Notes: a model not told the origin generated them from the letters alone. A DNA stretch of 37,628 nucleotides from an uncultured Pirellulales bacterium (GCA_964432925.1 CAYSPM010000001.1:32813-70440), one strand, 5' to 3'; positions 7,116 to 17,800 are shown, counted from the stretch's first letter. Numbers and translations: made by a program.

Positions 7116-9077
7116 ATGCAGAGTTTAGACATAGGGATAAGCGGCCTTAACGCAGCCCAAGAGGCTATCAGCGTAATCGGTAATAATATATCTAATGCTG
7201 CTACCGAAGGCTACCATCGCCAAAGAGTGAATTTGGTTCCTGCTTACTCTTCGCAGGTTGGTTCCGTTCTGCAAGGAGGGGGTGTTGACATAGCTGGCGT
7301 TACCAGAATGATCGACGGGCTTTTGGAGCAGGAGATTCTCCGACAACAGTCTTCGTTGGGGGACGTATCGCAAGAACTCGCAACGCTGCAGACTGTTGAG
7401 AATGCGTTTGGAGAGCTTTCGGCTGGCAGTAGTCTGAGCGTGGCGCTCGACGGGTTTTTTAGTGCGTTGCAGGATCTGTGCACTCATCCGTCAGAGATTA
7501 TTTGGCAAAGCCAGGCCATTGTTGTCGGCCAGAGTCTGTCCGGCCAGTTTAGAACGCTGGGCGAATTTCTGTATGAGCTCGAAAACCAGATTCTTTCGGA
7601 AGCAGAAGACACCGTCGACAGGATTAATACTCTGGTAACTCAAATTGCCGAACTCAACGCCAACATAGAAAGGACAGAAATAGGTGGAGCGCAAGCAAAC
7701 AACCTGTGTGACCAAAGGGATCAGCGCATAAAAGATCTCTCCGAACTCGTATCTGTGCAAACACAAAGCCGGGAGTATAGTGTTGTTGATGTCAGTGTTG
7801 CTGGGGCACCTGTTGTTGTGGGTGCATCTACGATTGAGTTGGAGGTTAGTATTAAAGACGACAATCAAATTGGAATTTCAGCAGCAGGTGCACACGATTA
7901 CATTACAGGTGTCCAGGGTGGAAAACTAGGCGGCTTATTATCACTGAGAAATGAGATTGTAGTTGGTATTCACGATGACCTTGATGCTTTGGCGCGCTCA
8001 ATAATACAACAGATAAATCAGTATCATGTTCGGGGTGTCGGGTCGCAAGGATCGTTTAAAGAACTGACCGGATGGAGGATGACAAGTGAAGATCTGGCTG
8101 ATTTCAGTCAGGACATAACCGACGGTAAAATATATATCAGGGTCATCAACTCAAGCACCGGAGAAATAACGCGCCATGAGATTGACGTAGATGTTTCAGC
8201 GGATTCGCTCTCGACAATAGCAGCTAATATCTCAGCAATCACCGGTTTGAATGCCTCGGTACTCTCATCAAGGCTTAGTATCCAAGCTGAGGCGAACTAC
8301 GAGTTTGATTTTCTTCCGGCTGTTTTACCTGAGCCTACAGCCACCAATCTGACTGCGGCATTGCCCCCAGCGATAAGTGTGTCGGGAATTTATACAGGAG
8401 ATGAAAATCAGACTTTCACCTTTACAGCAACAGGAACCGGTTCTATAGGCAATGGTGAATTGCGTCTCGAAGTGAGAAATGGTGATGATGAGGTTGTTAC
8501 TACCCTTAATATCGGTTCTGGTTATGCAGCCAGTGACAAGCTTGATATAGGTAATGGCATCAAGATATCCCTTACCACGGGTGACCTGAACCCTGGCGAC
8601 ACCTTTGAGGCGGATGCCTTAGTAAGTTCTGATACTTCGGGGGCAATAGCCGCACTTGGCATCAATACCTTCTTTTCCGGTTCTTCTGCCAGAGATATGG
8701 CGATTTGTTCCAGCATAGTTGATTCACCAGGTCGGATCGCAACAGCTTTAGGGCCGGACCGGACCGACAATGCCAACGCTTTGCGGCTATTAGGCGTGAA
8801 GGATGAGGCAGTAGATAGCTTAAACGCAATGACACCGGCAGAGTTCTATCGTCGGCTGGTCACCGATATCGGCCAGCAAGTCTTTGTCAAACAAATGCGC
8901 TCTGATAATATTCGAACAATGGTTCAGGACCTTAGCAGTAGGCAAAGTGAGATGAGCGGCGTCAACATCAATGATGAAGCGGCTCAATTATTGATCTTTG
9001 AGCAGATGTTTCAGGCGGTGGCCAAATATCTCAGTATGGTCCAGGATTCGATAGAAACTATGATGGAAATGCTATGA
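7116..9077 (+). CDS. flgK: Hook-associated protein 1 FlgK
   Basis: 653 aa. N-terminus MQSLDIGISGLNAAQEAISVIGNNISNAATEGYHRQRV and C-terminus SGVNINDEAAQLLIFEQMFQAVAKYL are canonical FlgK. Confidence 0.95.
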   Translation: MQSLDIGISGLNAAQEAISVIGNNISNAATEGYHRQRVNLVPAYSSQVGSVLQGGGVDIAGVTRMIDGLLEQEILRQQSSLGDVSQELATLQTVENAFGELSAGSSLSVALDGFFSALQDLCTHPSEIIWQSQAIVVGQSLSGQFRTLGEFLYELENQILSEAEDTVDRINTLVTQIAELNANIERTEIGGAQANNLCDQRDQRIKDLSELVSVQTQSREYSVVDVSVAGAPVVVGASTIELEVSIKDDNQIGISAAGAHDYITGVQGGKLGGLLSLRNEIVVGIHDDLDALARSIIQQINQYHVRGVGSQGSFKELTGWRMTSEDLADFSQDITDGKIYIRVINSSTGEITRHEIDVDVSADSLSTIAANISAITGLNASVLSSRLSIQAEANYEFDFLPAVLPEPTATNLTAALPPAISVSGIYTGDENQTFTFTATGTGSIGNGELRLEVRNGDDEVVTTLNIGSGYAASDKLDIGNGIKISLTTGDLNPGDTFEADALVSSDTSGAIAALGINTFFSGSSARDMAICSSIVDSPGRIATALGPDRTDNANALRLLGVKDEAVDSLNAMTPAEFYRRLVTDIGQQVFVKQMRSDNIRTMVQDLSSRQSEMSGVNINDEAAQLLIFEQMFQAVAKYLSMVQDSIETMMEML

Positions 9078-9219
9078 AAGGTAACCGGTAATTGGTAACT
9101 GGTAGATGCGTAGATGCGTTAATTTATGGCTTAGCCACTTATTGCTTATCTACTCATTCCCTCATTTATGCATCCACAGATATTGACCATTTAACCAATT
9201 ACCATATAGAGGGATTTCG

Positions 9220-10407
9220 ATGAGCGGTTCGCTTAGCAATATTTACGACACTGTCAGCTATGCCCTATATCTGAACTCCAAGGCCTTGGCTCGTTTGCAG
9301 GAACAAGCCTCTACTGGCTCAAGGATAAATAGAATTTCTGATGACCCGTATGATGCTTGCCGCGTTTTGGGGCTTGAGTCTCATCAGAGATCCCTGGAAA
9401 CTTACATGAAGACGCTATCGGAGTTGGTCGGCAAGCTGGAGATTTCATCGTCAGTCCTTGGGGATATGACCTCTGCACTTGCTAATATTAAAGCCGATTT
9501 AGCTCAAGTTGTTAGTGGAACCTATGGCCAAGAAGGTCGGCTGAGGATCGCGGATGGAATAAATGACACGTTGGAGCAGATGGTTTCGCTGGCTAATACA
9601 GAGCACTCTGATCAATATCTATTTGCAGGATCAGATACGACTTCGGCACCCTACGTCGTGGAGCGCAATAGTGGAAAGATTGTACGTGTGACTTATCAAG
9701 GCAGCAACGAAAAGCCTAACATAGAAGTGGCACCCGGCCTTCAAGCCTCACCGTTCTACGTCGGCGATGAAATCTTTCGTTCAGATAGCCGCAGCGACAC
9801 GGTTTTTCTGGGAGATACCGGCGCCAAGGCCGGCACCGGCACATCCAGTGTTTGCGGTGACGTTTGGCTAACGGTTACTCACGACGGCAGCAACTACCAA
9901 CTGTCCATCGATGATGGAGCCAGCTACGTAACAGTGCCGTCAGGAGGTGACACCAACCAGGCTGTGACGGATTCACGGACCGGACGCGTCCTTTATGTTG
10001 ACACTACCCAGATTAATAACACCGGAACTGAGCTGGTGCGTGTACCGGGGACATACGATGTATTTGCCGCATTAATAAGCATTCGCGACATGTTAAGAAA
10101 CGAAAGGGGCCTTTCAGACACTCAATTGAGCGAGGTCCAGGATAGTTGCCTCACTTCGCTCGAAGAGATAAGAAACCTGCTGGTGCAGGCTGGAATCTCT
10201 GTTGGGTTGAAAATGGGCTTCCTAAGTGATCTAAAAGGCAATCTCGAAAATATTAGCTATAACGCGGAAGAAGAAGCGACACAACTTCAAGAAGCTGATA
10301 TCGCGCAAGTAGCCATAGACCTTTCGCGCCGGCAAATTCTATACGAGATGTCGTTATCTGTAGCTGGCAAACTCATGTCACTGTCGCTGCTGGACTTCAT
10401 AACGTAG
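9220..10407 (+). CDS. flgL: Hook-associated protein 3 FlgL (hook-filament junction)
   Basis: 395 aa. LARLQEQASTGSRINRISDDPYDA is the flagellin-N/FlgL signature, and the C-terminus DIAQVAIDLSRRQILYEMSLSVAGKLMSLSLLDFI fits. Position after flgK. Confidence 0.85.
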   Translation: MSGSLSNIYDTVSYALYLNSKALARLQEQASTGSRINRISDDPYDACRVLGLESHQRSLETYMKTLSELVGKLEISSSVLGDMTSALANIKADLAQVVSGTYGQEGRLRIADGINDTLEQMVSLANTEHSDQYLFAGSDTTSAPYVVERNSGKIVRVTYQGSNEKPNIEVAPGLQASPFYVGDEIFRSDSRSDTVFLGDTGAKAGTGTSSVCGDVWLTVTHDGSNYQLSIDDGASYVTVPSGGDTNQAVTDSRTGRVLYVDTTQINNTGTELVRVPGTYDVFAALISIRDMLRNERGLSDTQLSEVQDSCLTSLEEIRNLLVQAGISVGLKMGFLSDLKGNLENISYNAEEEATQLQEADIAQVAIDLSRRQILYEMSLSVAGKLMSLSLLDFIT

Positions 10408-10526
10408 AAAATTCGTCCGAAGTCGCAAATGGCAACTTGACTGTTTTTATGGCGCGTATGTCAGGTATTTATGCAGTTAGGTTTTGTTGCGTCCGCAGAA
10501 TTGATGCAAATGTGGATTTGGCAGGC

Positions 10527-10541
10527 GGCACGTAATTTGCA
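10527..10541 (+). promoter_or_regulatory. Sigma-54 (RpoN) -24/-12 promoter upstream of the glycosyltransferase island
   Basis: cGGCAC-GTAAT-TTGCA is an exact GG-N10-GC spacing match to TGGCAC-N5-TTGCW. It lies ~60 nt upstream of ATG 10602, with an AAGGAG RBS at 10589-10594. Confidence 0.7.
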
Positions 10542-10601
10542 CTAATTTTTTCGGGATCGTAGCAATTGGCAGCCCCCTTTGAGAAATAAGGAGTAGCGCT
10601 T

Positions 10602-12116
10602 ATGATGGCACAGGCAGATTCGAGTCGTTATCAAGAAGCAGTGGGATTAGCTGAAACCAGCAAATATCAGGAAGCACTTGTCCGCATTGAGGAATATCTT
10701 CGAGTTTCGCCTAATGATGTAGAGGCCTTGAATGATGCGGGAGCAATTTTACACTGTTTAGGACGGTCCGACGAGGCCATCGAGCATCTGGTCCGCGCAA
10801 GAAAGCTACAGCCTGATTCTGCCGAGATAGTTTGGAACCTGGCAGAGGCATACCTTGGTGCTGGTAGAGCAGATCAAATCGGCCAGCTTTATAACGACAT
10901 GGAACGAATGGGCATACTGAATGCTGATGTGCTCAACAGGACAGCGAACTTATTTTTGAACCAATCAAACAAAGCCGACGCGCTCGAAATGTTATTGCGT
11001 TCGCTGAAGCTATCACCAGATCAGCAGGTACTTGAGCCTATGCTCGAGGTGATTCGAAGCAAAAGACCCAAGATCGGCTTTTTCCGCGCAGCTAACGCGG
11101 AGAATAGATCACTTACAGATATTTGCGCCTTTGCACAAGAACGCTTCAGTGTACAGCATTTCCAGGGTCAAAGCGTGGACCAGATGTATGAATTTATGAA
11201 AACCAGTGACATCTGCTGGTTTGAAGGCTGTAGCGACATTGCCTCTGAGGCCTCGAAATTACCAAAGATCACCAAAAACATTGTCAAGCTACATGGACCT
11301 GAGCTACAAGATGGATGGCCGAGGCAGGTTCAATGGGAGAACATTGATATTCTCATCACAATTGGTAATTCCCAGTTCGAAGAGATTTTGTTAGAGCAGG
11401 TGCCTGACATTAAGACTCGAACAAGGCTCGTTACGATTCCTAAAGGCGTTGATCTTGAAAAGTTTAAGTTTGTTGGCAGAAAGCGCGGCAAGAATCTCGC
11501 CTGCATTGGTCATTTGAATATGCAGAAAAATCCCATGTTTCTGCTGCAGTGTATGCAGAAGCTGCACTACATCGACCCGGAGTACAGGCTGTTCTTCGCA
11601 GGAGCTTTTCAGAGCCCGATGCTTCAGCGGTATATAATGCACATAGTACAGGCGCTCGAACTGTCAAATATTGTGCTTTTTGATGGCTGGCAAGAGGATG
11701 TAAATTGCTGGCTGCAAGATAAACACTTCGTTGCTTCAGCCGGTATCGGGCAAAGTCAAGAGATGGGATTATTGCAAGGTATGGCTTGTGGCCTGAAGCC
11801 GGTCATCCACAATTTTCCAGGCGCTAGTGAAATGTTTCCGCCTGATTTACTGTTCAATATCTCTGAGCAATTTTGTGAGCGAATCCTTGCGGACAGATAT
11901 GAGCCCGAGAGCTATCGTAGATTCGCCGAAGAAAGGTATCCATTGAGAAATCAGTTAGAAAAAATCAACGGCATCTTCATCCAGCTCGAACGCGAAATAG
12001 ATACTCGGCAGGCTAAAAGTCCATCTAGTATCGAGTTAGAGAACAGACCAGTTGAAAACGCAACATTACCTAACGAGTTCCATTCTTTAGAGTTTAATAA
12101 TAATAGAATCTCGTGA
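10602..12116 (+). CDS. TPR-repeat + GT-B (GT1/GT4-like) glycosyltransferase; FlmG-like architecture
   Basis: 504 aa. The N-terminal ~150 aa are TPR-like (YQEALVRIEEYLRVSPNDVEALNDAGAIL..., AEIVWNLAEAYLGAGR). The C-terminal part carries the GT-B nucleotide-sugar motif region (SQEMGLLQGMACGLKPVIHNFPGASEMF). Confidence 0.7.
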   Translation: MMAQADSSRYQEAVGLAETSKYQEALVRIEEYLRVSPNDVEALNDAGAILHCLGRSDEAIEHLVRARKLQPDSAEIVWNLAEAYLGAGRADQIGQLYNDMERMGILNADVLNRTANLFLNQSNKADALEMLLRSLKLSPDQQVLEPMLEVIRSKRPKIGFFRAANAENRSLTDICAFAQERFSVQHFQGQSVDQMYEFMKTSDICWFEGCSDIASEASKLPKITKNIVKLHGPELQDGWPRQVQWENIDILITIGNSQFEEILLEQVPDIKTRTRLVTIPKGVDLEKFKFVGRKRGKNLACIGHLNMQKNPMFLLQCMQKLHYIDPEYRLFFAGAFQSPMLQRYIMHIVQALELSNIVLFDGWQEDVNCWLQDKHFVASAGIGQSQEMGLLQGMACGLKPVIHNFPGASEMFPPDLLFNISEQFCERILADRYEPESYRRFAEERYPLRNQLEKINGIFIQLEREIDTRQAKSPSSIELENRPVENATLPNEFHSLEFNNNRIS

Positions 12117-13786
12117 CTCTCTGTTTTCAAGTAATGTCAGATACGATTGAAATGATCAAAAGCTACAGAACTGATTCCGGATTGGATAAGCTGCGTGAGC
12201 AAAGCAGAATAAAGGCCGACCCACTTGTTAGTGTACTAATCCCGACCTTTAATCGACCCCAATATCTCTCTATAGCTCTTGCCAGTGTTTTGCGACAAAG
12301 TTACAGAAATCTTGAGATCATCGTCGTCAATGACGGTGGTACTGATGTCAGTGATTTAATCAATTCTTTTGATGACCAAAGGCTGATGTTTATCAATAGA
12401 AAGGAAAATCACGGAAAGGCATTTTCTCTGAATGAGGCTCTGGACAGAGCAAACGGCAAGTACGTTGCCTACCTTGATGATGATGACTTGTATTACCCTA
12501 ATCATATAGAGTTGTTGGTAAACGCTCTGGAAAATGAAACAGACTGCCAGGTTGCATATACCGACTTATATAAGAGTTACTGCAATGTGCTGCCGGATGG
12601 CAGCCGACAGATTTTGAGCAAAGTGGTTGAAATCAGCCGGGATTTCGACCGTTTCTTCATGCTATATTACAATCACGTATTACACGTATGCCTAATGCAC
12701 CGTCGAGACCTGATTGAAAAGACCGGCTATTATAATGAAAAGCTAAACATCCTCATCGACTGGGACATGACGCGTCGTCTCGCCTTTTTCTCGGATTTCC
12801 ATCACGTACCCAAAGTCACTGGTGAGTTTTACAGTCCTTGTGGTGAATGCGACAGAATATCTGTCCAGAGGCGCAAAGATAAAAGTGAATACCTCCGGAA
12901 CGTTCTTGCGATACGAACGACACGACCTGCAAAGCCTTGGCCGAAGGTCAAAGACTTGTCTGTAATTTTCGTTGCTGATAAGCTTGATAAGCAAGCTGGC
13001 AAAACCATTGGCTACATTTGGCGCTACACGTTCTATCCGTACAAGCTTTATTTGCCACTGCCTCAATCTGATCTTACCAGGCTGAAAACAGATATGCCTA
13101 ACGTTGTGCTTGTGCCTGTCTCGGCCTCTTCTTCTATTACCGAGCGAATAGATGCAGCTTTACGAAGTGCCGATGGAGACTGCATTGCTATCGTTCCCAG
13201 CGGTTTTCCAATAAGCGATATGTGGGTGGAAGAATCTGTATATGTTCTGATCAATAGTTCAGCAGGCCACGTTGCTTTTGAACTCAGAGGCACAACAGAT
13301 GTCCTCTGGGCAATAGTCATTAGAAAAGAGGACTTGTACAATGCTCGCAGGAGTTTTCCCAGCTTGTCTATAAGGCAATCCTTACAGGCATCTGGTATTG
13401 TGCAGAGAAAATTAGGTATTGAGGATACGCCTTTTAAGTTTGACGGTTTGCTTCGAGAAGCGATCTCCTCGCAGAACGATGGAAACTGGAGACAAGCAGG
13501 CAGGATGTTCGAATATATCGCGGAGCACCACAAGAATGAGTTGTGGATGAGAAGCTTGGCTGCAAAGGCTGTCTTCGAGGCCGGTGACCATGCCCGCGCC
13601 GCACAGCTCATTCACGAAGTGAACCAGCAGCGTCCCACGGTAGAGACACTTTTATTGCAAGCTAAGTTTTGCAGAGAGAATAAGAGCTTTTATCGTGCTA
13701 TCCAGTTACTCGAAAAGGCACAGCAAATATTGACTAATGAAATAGATTATTCTACAGGTTCCAAAGTCGTCAACTATACCCAGTAG
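12113..13786 (+). CDS. GT2-family (GT-A) glycosyltransferase with C-terminal TPR-like region
   Basis: VSVLIPTFNRPQYLSIALASVLRQSYRNLEIIVVNDGGTD plus the DxD motif YLDDDDLYYPNH. The C-terminal helical repeats are TPR-like. GTG 12113 overlaps the upstream stop; ATG 12134 is the alternative start. Confidence 0.8.
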   Translation: MTLCFQVMSDTIEMIKSYRTDSGLDKLREQSRIKADPLVSVLIPTFNRPQYLSIALASVLRQSYRNLEIIVVNDGGTDVSDLINSFDDQRLMFINRKENHGKAFSLNEALDRANGKYVAYLDDDDLYYPNHIELLVNALENETDCQVAYTDLYKSYCNVLPDGSRQILSKVVEISRDFDRFFMLYYNHVLHVCLMHRRDLIEKTGYYNEKLNILIDWDMTRRLAFFSDFHHVPKVTGEFYSPCGECDRISVQRRKDKSEYLRNVLAIRTTRPAKPWPKVKDLSVIFVADKLDKQAGKTIGYIWRYTFYPYKLYLPLPQSDLTRLKTDMPNVVLVPVSASSSITERIDAALRSADGDCIAIVPSGFPISDMWVEESVYVLINSSAGHVAFELRGTTDVLWAIVIRKEDLYNARRSFPSLSIRQSLQASGIVQRKLGIEDTPFKFDGLLREAISSQNDGNWRQAGRMFEYIAEHHKNELWMRSLAAKAVFEAGDHARAAQLIHEVNQQRPTVETLLLQAKFCRENKSFYRAIQLLEKAQQILTNEIDYSTGSKVVNYTQ

Positions 13787-13821
13787 GTGGGCACTTCAGA
13801 ATGTAAGGAAAGAGTATTGCC

Positions 13822-14469
13822 ATGGATAAAACGCAAACAAACGATGTTGAACAGCACAACCAGACCCAACATTATGAGGTCTTGCAGGAACTCGGTGACT
13901 GCTACACTTCTATTGGCAACTATACCCAAGCGCAACGTTGCTATGAAAAGGCTGCGTCTATAGGACCTGATGAGCCAGGTCCTTACATTGGGCTTGGAGT
14001 CGCTGCTCTACAGAAGGATCAGCTCGATGATGCTGAAATAGCCTTTAGGGTTGCTTGTCGGCTGGCTCCTGATTGTGCCAAGGCATACACCGGCTTGGCA
14101 ATGGTTGCTCAACAAAGACAAGATTACCACAATGCCTTTGATCTTTATATGAAATCCCTTGAGCTTGACGGTGACAATATAACGGCGCTCTTAGGCCTTT
14201 TTCAGACAAGTTGTAAAATGGGATCGTTCGCCAAAGTCACTTACTATCTGGAAGTCTACCTGAGAGTGCACCAAAGTGACATCTCTGTTATGTTTTCTCT
14301 GGCAGCGCTATACATGAGGGATGGTCGACTTGAACAGGCCAAAGGGATGCTCTTAGATTTATTGGCTTTGGATCCGAATAATAAGGATGCTGCTAATTTA
14401 CTTGAGGAAGTGGAACATAATATAGCGCAGACGAACAAGCAGGAAATCAAGCCGAATGAAAAAGGATAA
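13822..14469 (+). CDS. TPR-repeat protein
   Basis: 215 aa made of consecutive 34-residue TPR-like units (LGDCYTSIGNYTQAQRCYEKAASIGPDEP; AEIAFRVACRLAPDCAKAY; AFDLYMKSLELDGDN; AKGMLLDLLALDPNNKDA). Confidence 0.8.
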   Translation: MDKTQTNDVEQHNQTQHYEVLQELGDCYTSIGNYTQAQRCYEKAASIGPDEPGPYIGLGVAALQKDQLDDAEIAFRVACRLAPDCAKAYTGLAMVAQQRQDYHNAFDLYMKSLELDGDNITALLGLFQTSCKMGSFAKVTYYLEVYLRVHQSDISVMFSLAALYMRDGRLEQAKGMLLDLLALDPNNKDAANLLEEVEHNIAQTNKQEIKPNEKG

Positions 14470-14794
14470 CACTGAAATTGTTTCCTCTAATCAGGCAAAT
14501 CTCTTGGACGATTTGCAGGCACTGCTTAAAAAGCAAATAGCATCAGCTCACAACGGTTGCATTAGTGATGTTGAATCGATGGGCAGACAAGCTGATGTTC
14601 TTGTCCGAAAAATTGCTCAGATGGGTTTTTTGAATCAACCTGATTTTGAGGCTCAGCGTAAGCAACTTCAAAAGCTCTACAACGATTTATGTCTTGCCAT
14701 TACTGCTCAAAAAGACCAGACAGAACAATCACTGAACCGTATCCGCAGAGGTAGGAAGACCATAGCGACTTATCGTAAAAATATTGCATTATAG
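14456..14794 (+). CDS. Hypothetical 112-aa helical/coiled-coil protein
   Basis: The ORF overlaps the upstream TPR gene by 14 nt (coupled). It is charged and helical, and I recognise no family motif in it. Confidence 0.45.
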   Translation: MKKDNTEIVSSNQANLLDDLQALLKKQIASAHNGCISDVESMGRQADVLVRKIAQMGFLNQPDFEAQRKQLQKLYNDLCLAITAQKDQTEQSLNRIRRGRKTIATYRKNIAL

Positions 14795-14824
14795 GCAATA
14801 GGATTTTGATAAGAGTAGGTTTCT

Positions 14825-17800
14825 ATGACAAACTATGACTTAAGCAAGCGCTCTACCGTTAGCGGCGACACCACTTCATCAGCGCCAACGTTCCTTAGCC
14901 ACAAGAGCCCCATACCTCAGACTGGAGAGATTGTTGTGGACGGTCTTAGATTCGCAAATGTTAGGAGAACCAAGCATAAGAACAACTCGGTGGGGTTTAA
15001 TGACAAGTACATTATAAAGATTGAACATTACAAGCACCCGCTGAAACTTCGGTCGCTTTTGGAGGAGATTGAGATAATAAGGTATCTGAACTGGAAAGAG
15101 TGTGTTTCGTGCCCCATACTAGTTTCCGAAGGGAGGCTGAGAACCGGAGAGCGGTATTTCATACAGGAGAGAATTGACAGCCAGCGGGGATTTAATACAG
15201 CCGATATGGTGCTTTCCATACTTGAGCAGAAAAGTCTCGGGGTTTGCCAGGGTGACTTAAAAATAAAGAACTTTATATTCGATGCTGATTCGGTCTGCCA
15301 CATAATTGACTACGACCAGGCAATATATGATAAGCGATTTGTGCAAATGGGCAATACCGAGTATTTCGAATGGATTGCTCAGTACATTGTAAACAGATGG
15401 AGAAAATACGGCGTTACTGATTTTTACAACTCGCATGGATTGAACAGAGACGAGATTTTTAGTCTGTTCAAAAAGGGTGCATTTAATTTGGCTACAGTCA
15501 CGATATTCAAAGATCAAATCACCACAGATTCTGACATTGGCATCTATCACAACTTGAACACCGATAAGATTTATATAGAAGGTGCCCGCGATTTGAATCC
15601 CAGACTTGGCACTTTGGACACTGTTGAATTCAAGAAGGGAGAAATGGTTCTGGATGTTGGGTGTAACATGGGGCTGCTTGGGCATTACCTGCACGATAGA
15701 GGATGCGTAGTAACAGGCATTGATATGGACAGAAAGATTATAATTGGTGCCAAGATGGTTGCCAATATTCTTAACAAGAACATCCAATTTAAATGGCTGG
15801 ATATTGACGAAGCGAGAATAGAACAAGAGTATGACACTATCTGTCTTTTCTCTGTCATTCATCACGTAAAGAACTTTAAGCGGGTAACTGAGAATATAGC
15901 GCAAAGGTGCAACAGGATAATACTGGAATGTGGGTTGAAAGAACATGGTAGTAAGCCTACTAAGGGTGGGTGGACAGCTACAAGCGGGTGGGACTTTAAT
16001 TCTATTGGAGAGCTGGTCCACTATCTTGAGACAGCGTTTAGAGGATTTAGATTCCATGGCTGTCACGGCAGTGTGGACAGGAATAGACAGATAATAACTT
16101 TAGCAAAGAAACCCACAGCGACAACCATGCAAGTTCAGAGAGAACCTCCACGTAGCATTCAGGAAGGTGAATTTGCTGAACAGCAATTAAGCAACGAATC
16201 AAAATATTTAGTCTCAACTATTGTTTCGACGTACAACTCGGGACGCTTTATTCGTGGATGTCTGGAAGATTTAGAAAACCAAACCATCGCTGACAGACTT
16301 GAAATAATCATCGTTAATAGCGGATCAGAAGAAAATGAGGAGACGATCGTTCATGAATTTCAGCAGAAGTATGACAATATAAAATATATCAGAACCGATG
16401 AGCGAGAGACAATATACCGGGCGTGGAACCGAGCTATTAAAATCGCATCAGGTAAATATATTACCAATGCTAATACCGATGACCGTCACAGTCCGGAAAT
16501 GTTTGAAAAACTGGCTACCGCGCTGGATTTGAATGATGATATTGCAGTTGTCTATTCCCAGTTCTATATTACCAGGGTAGAGAATCAAACCTGGCGAAAT
16601 AAAACAGTTGAAAAAATAGCACAATGGGTGCAGCCATATTCGAGAGAACAATTACTAAAAATGTACTTCCTTGGACCACAGCCTATGTGGCGAAAGTCCC
16701 TTCACGACGAATATGGTTATTTCGATGAGACGTTCAAGATATGTGGCGATTATGAATTTTTTCTTCGCGTCTCGCAGACCCATGATTTTTTGTTAATCCC
16801 TGAACCGTTAGGTCTTTATCTGCTTTCACCTAATAGTCTGGGGCGTACTGCTGGGACTAGAGAGCAGGAGGACCAGAAGATATGGGAACTTTATAGGAAT
16901 AATACAGATAGAATAATCCGCGGACCTTTTGTGCCAATTGAAAGCTGCGAAGTTTCCCTAAGTGAGTCAGTTGGTAAGAAGCTCTGCTATAGTGCGAATG
17001 GGATTGCCGCAGAGCATACAGCAACAGTGGGCTCTAACAGTTCTGCTTTGGATTACTTTCTCAAAGCCAAAGACGATTTTAACAAGGGTAATTTTATATC
17101 TGCCACAAAATATATAAATCAATATAAAGCACTGATGGACTATTCTAAGCTACAAAGGTCATTAAATACGAATACAGTAAGAGAAGATAACAACATAGAT
17201 ATATCAGTAATAATAGTAACAAATAATAGAGCAGAGGAACTTCAAGATTGCCTTAAGTCTCTGTTAGAACAAGAAGCTGATTGCAATTTTGAGGTCATTG
17301 TCGTTGATAATGGGTGCGTTAATATCGAAAGTTTCATGCAATGTGTGGATCAATATATCAAGTGCCCCATTAATCTTAACCCATCTGAAGGAAGGAACAT
17401 AGGCGTACGTTTTGCAAGGGGCAATATCATCGTGTTCTTAGATGACGATGCGGTTGTTAGGTCTGATTACGTATCATCAATAAAGTGTGCATTTAACAAA
17501 TACGATATTTTTGGTCTGAGAGGCAGGACTTATCCTAAGAGCAGTCCCGTGGCTAATAATCATGTAAACATCTGTGATCTTGGAGATAAGCCATTTCCTT
17601 CATACTGTAATCAAGAGGGGAACTCCGCTTGGCTCCGTGATATATATCTTTCGGTGGATGGAATGGATCCATTGCTCTTTGGACACGAGGGAAGCGATCT
17701 TACTTACAGGATCATTCAAAAATATAAAAAAACGAATAAGGTTATCTACTGGCCCGCTGCTGTAATATATCACGATTATGGTGTGTCTGAAAAACTAAGA

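Noticed and set aside
9183-9210. TTGACC-N16-TATAGA, a sigma-70-like promoter upstream of flgL.
   Set aside because: The -10 hexamer ends ~9 nt before the ATG, so the transcript would lack the AGAGGGA ribosome-binding site. This is probably a chance match in AT-rich DNA.
10408-10470. A possible intrinsic terminator after flgL (a T-run tgttttta near 10442).
   Set aside because: I could not find a convincing GC-rich stem preceding the T-run; only 3-4 bp of complementarity are present.
15257-16066. A 269-aa minus-strand ORF antisense to the giant gene. Similar long antisense ORFs occur at 4555-5283, 13063-13611, 23385-23933, 24300-24761, 25467-25985, 32156-32749 and 33418-33951.
   Set aside because: Each lies wholly inside a strongly supported gene on the other strand. 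Their translations are low-complexity, with no recognisable motifs, RBS or sensible starts. They are best explained as shadow ORFs.
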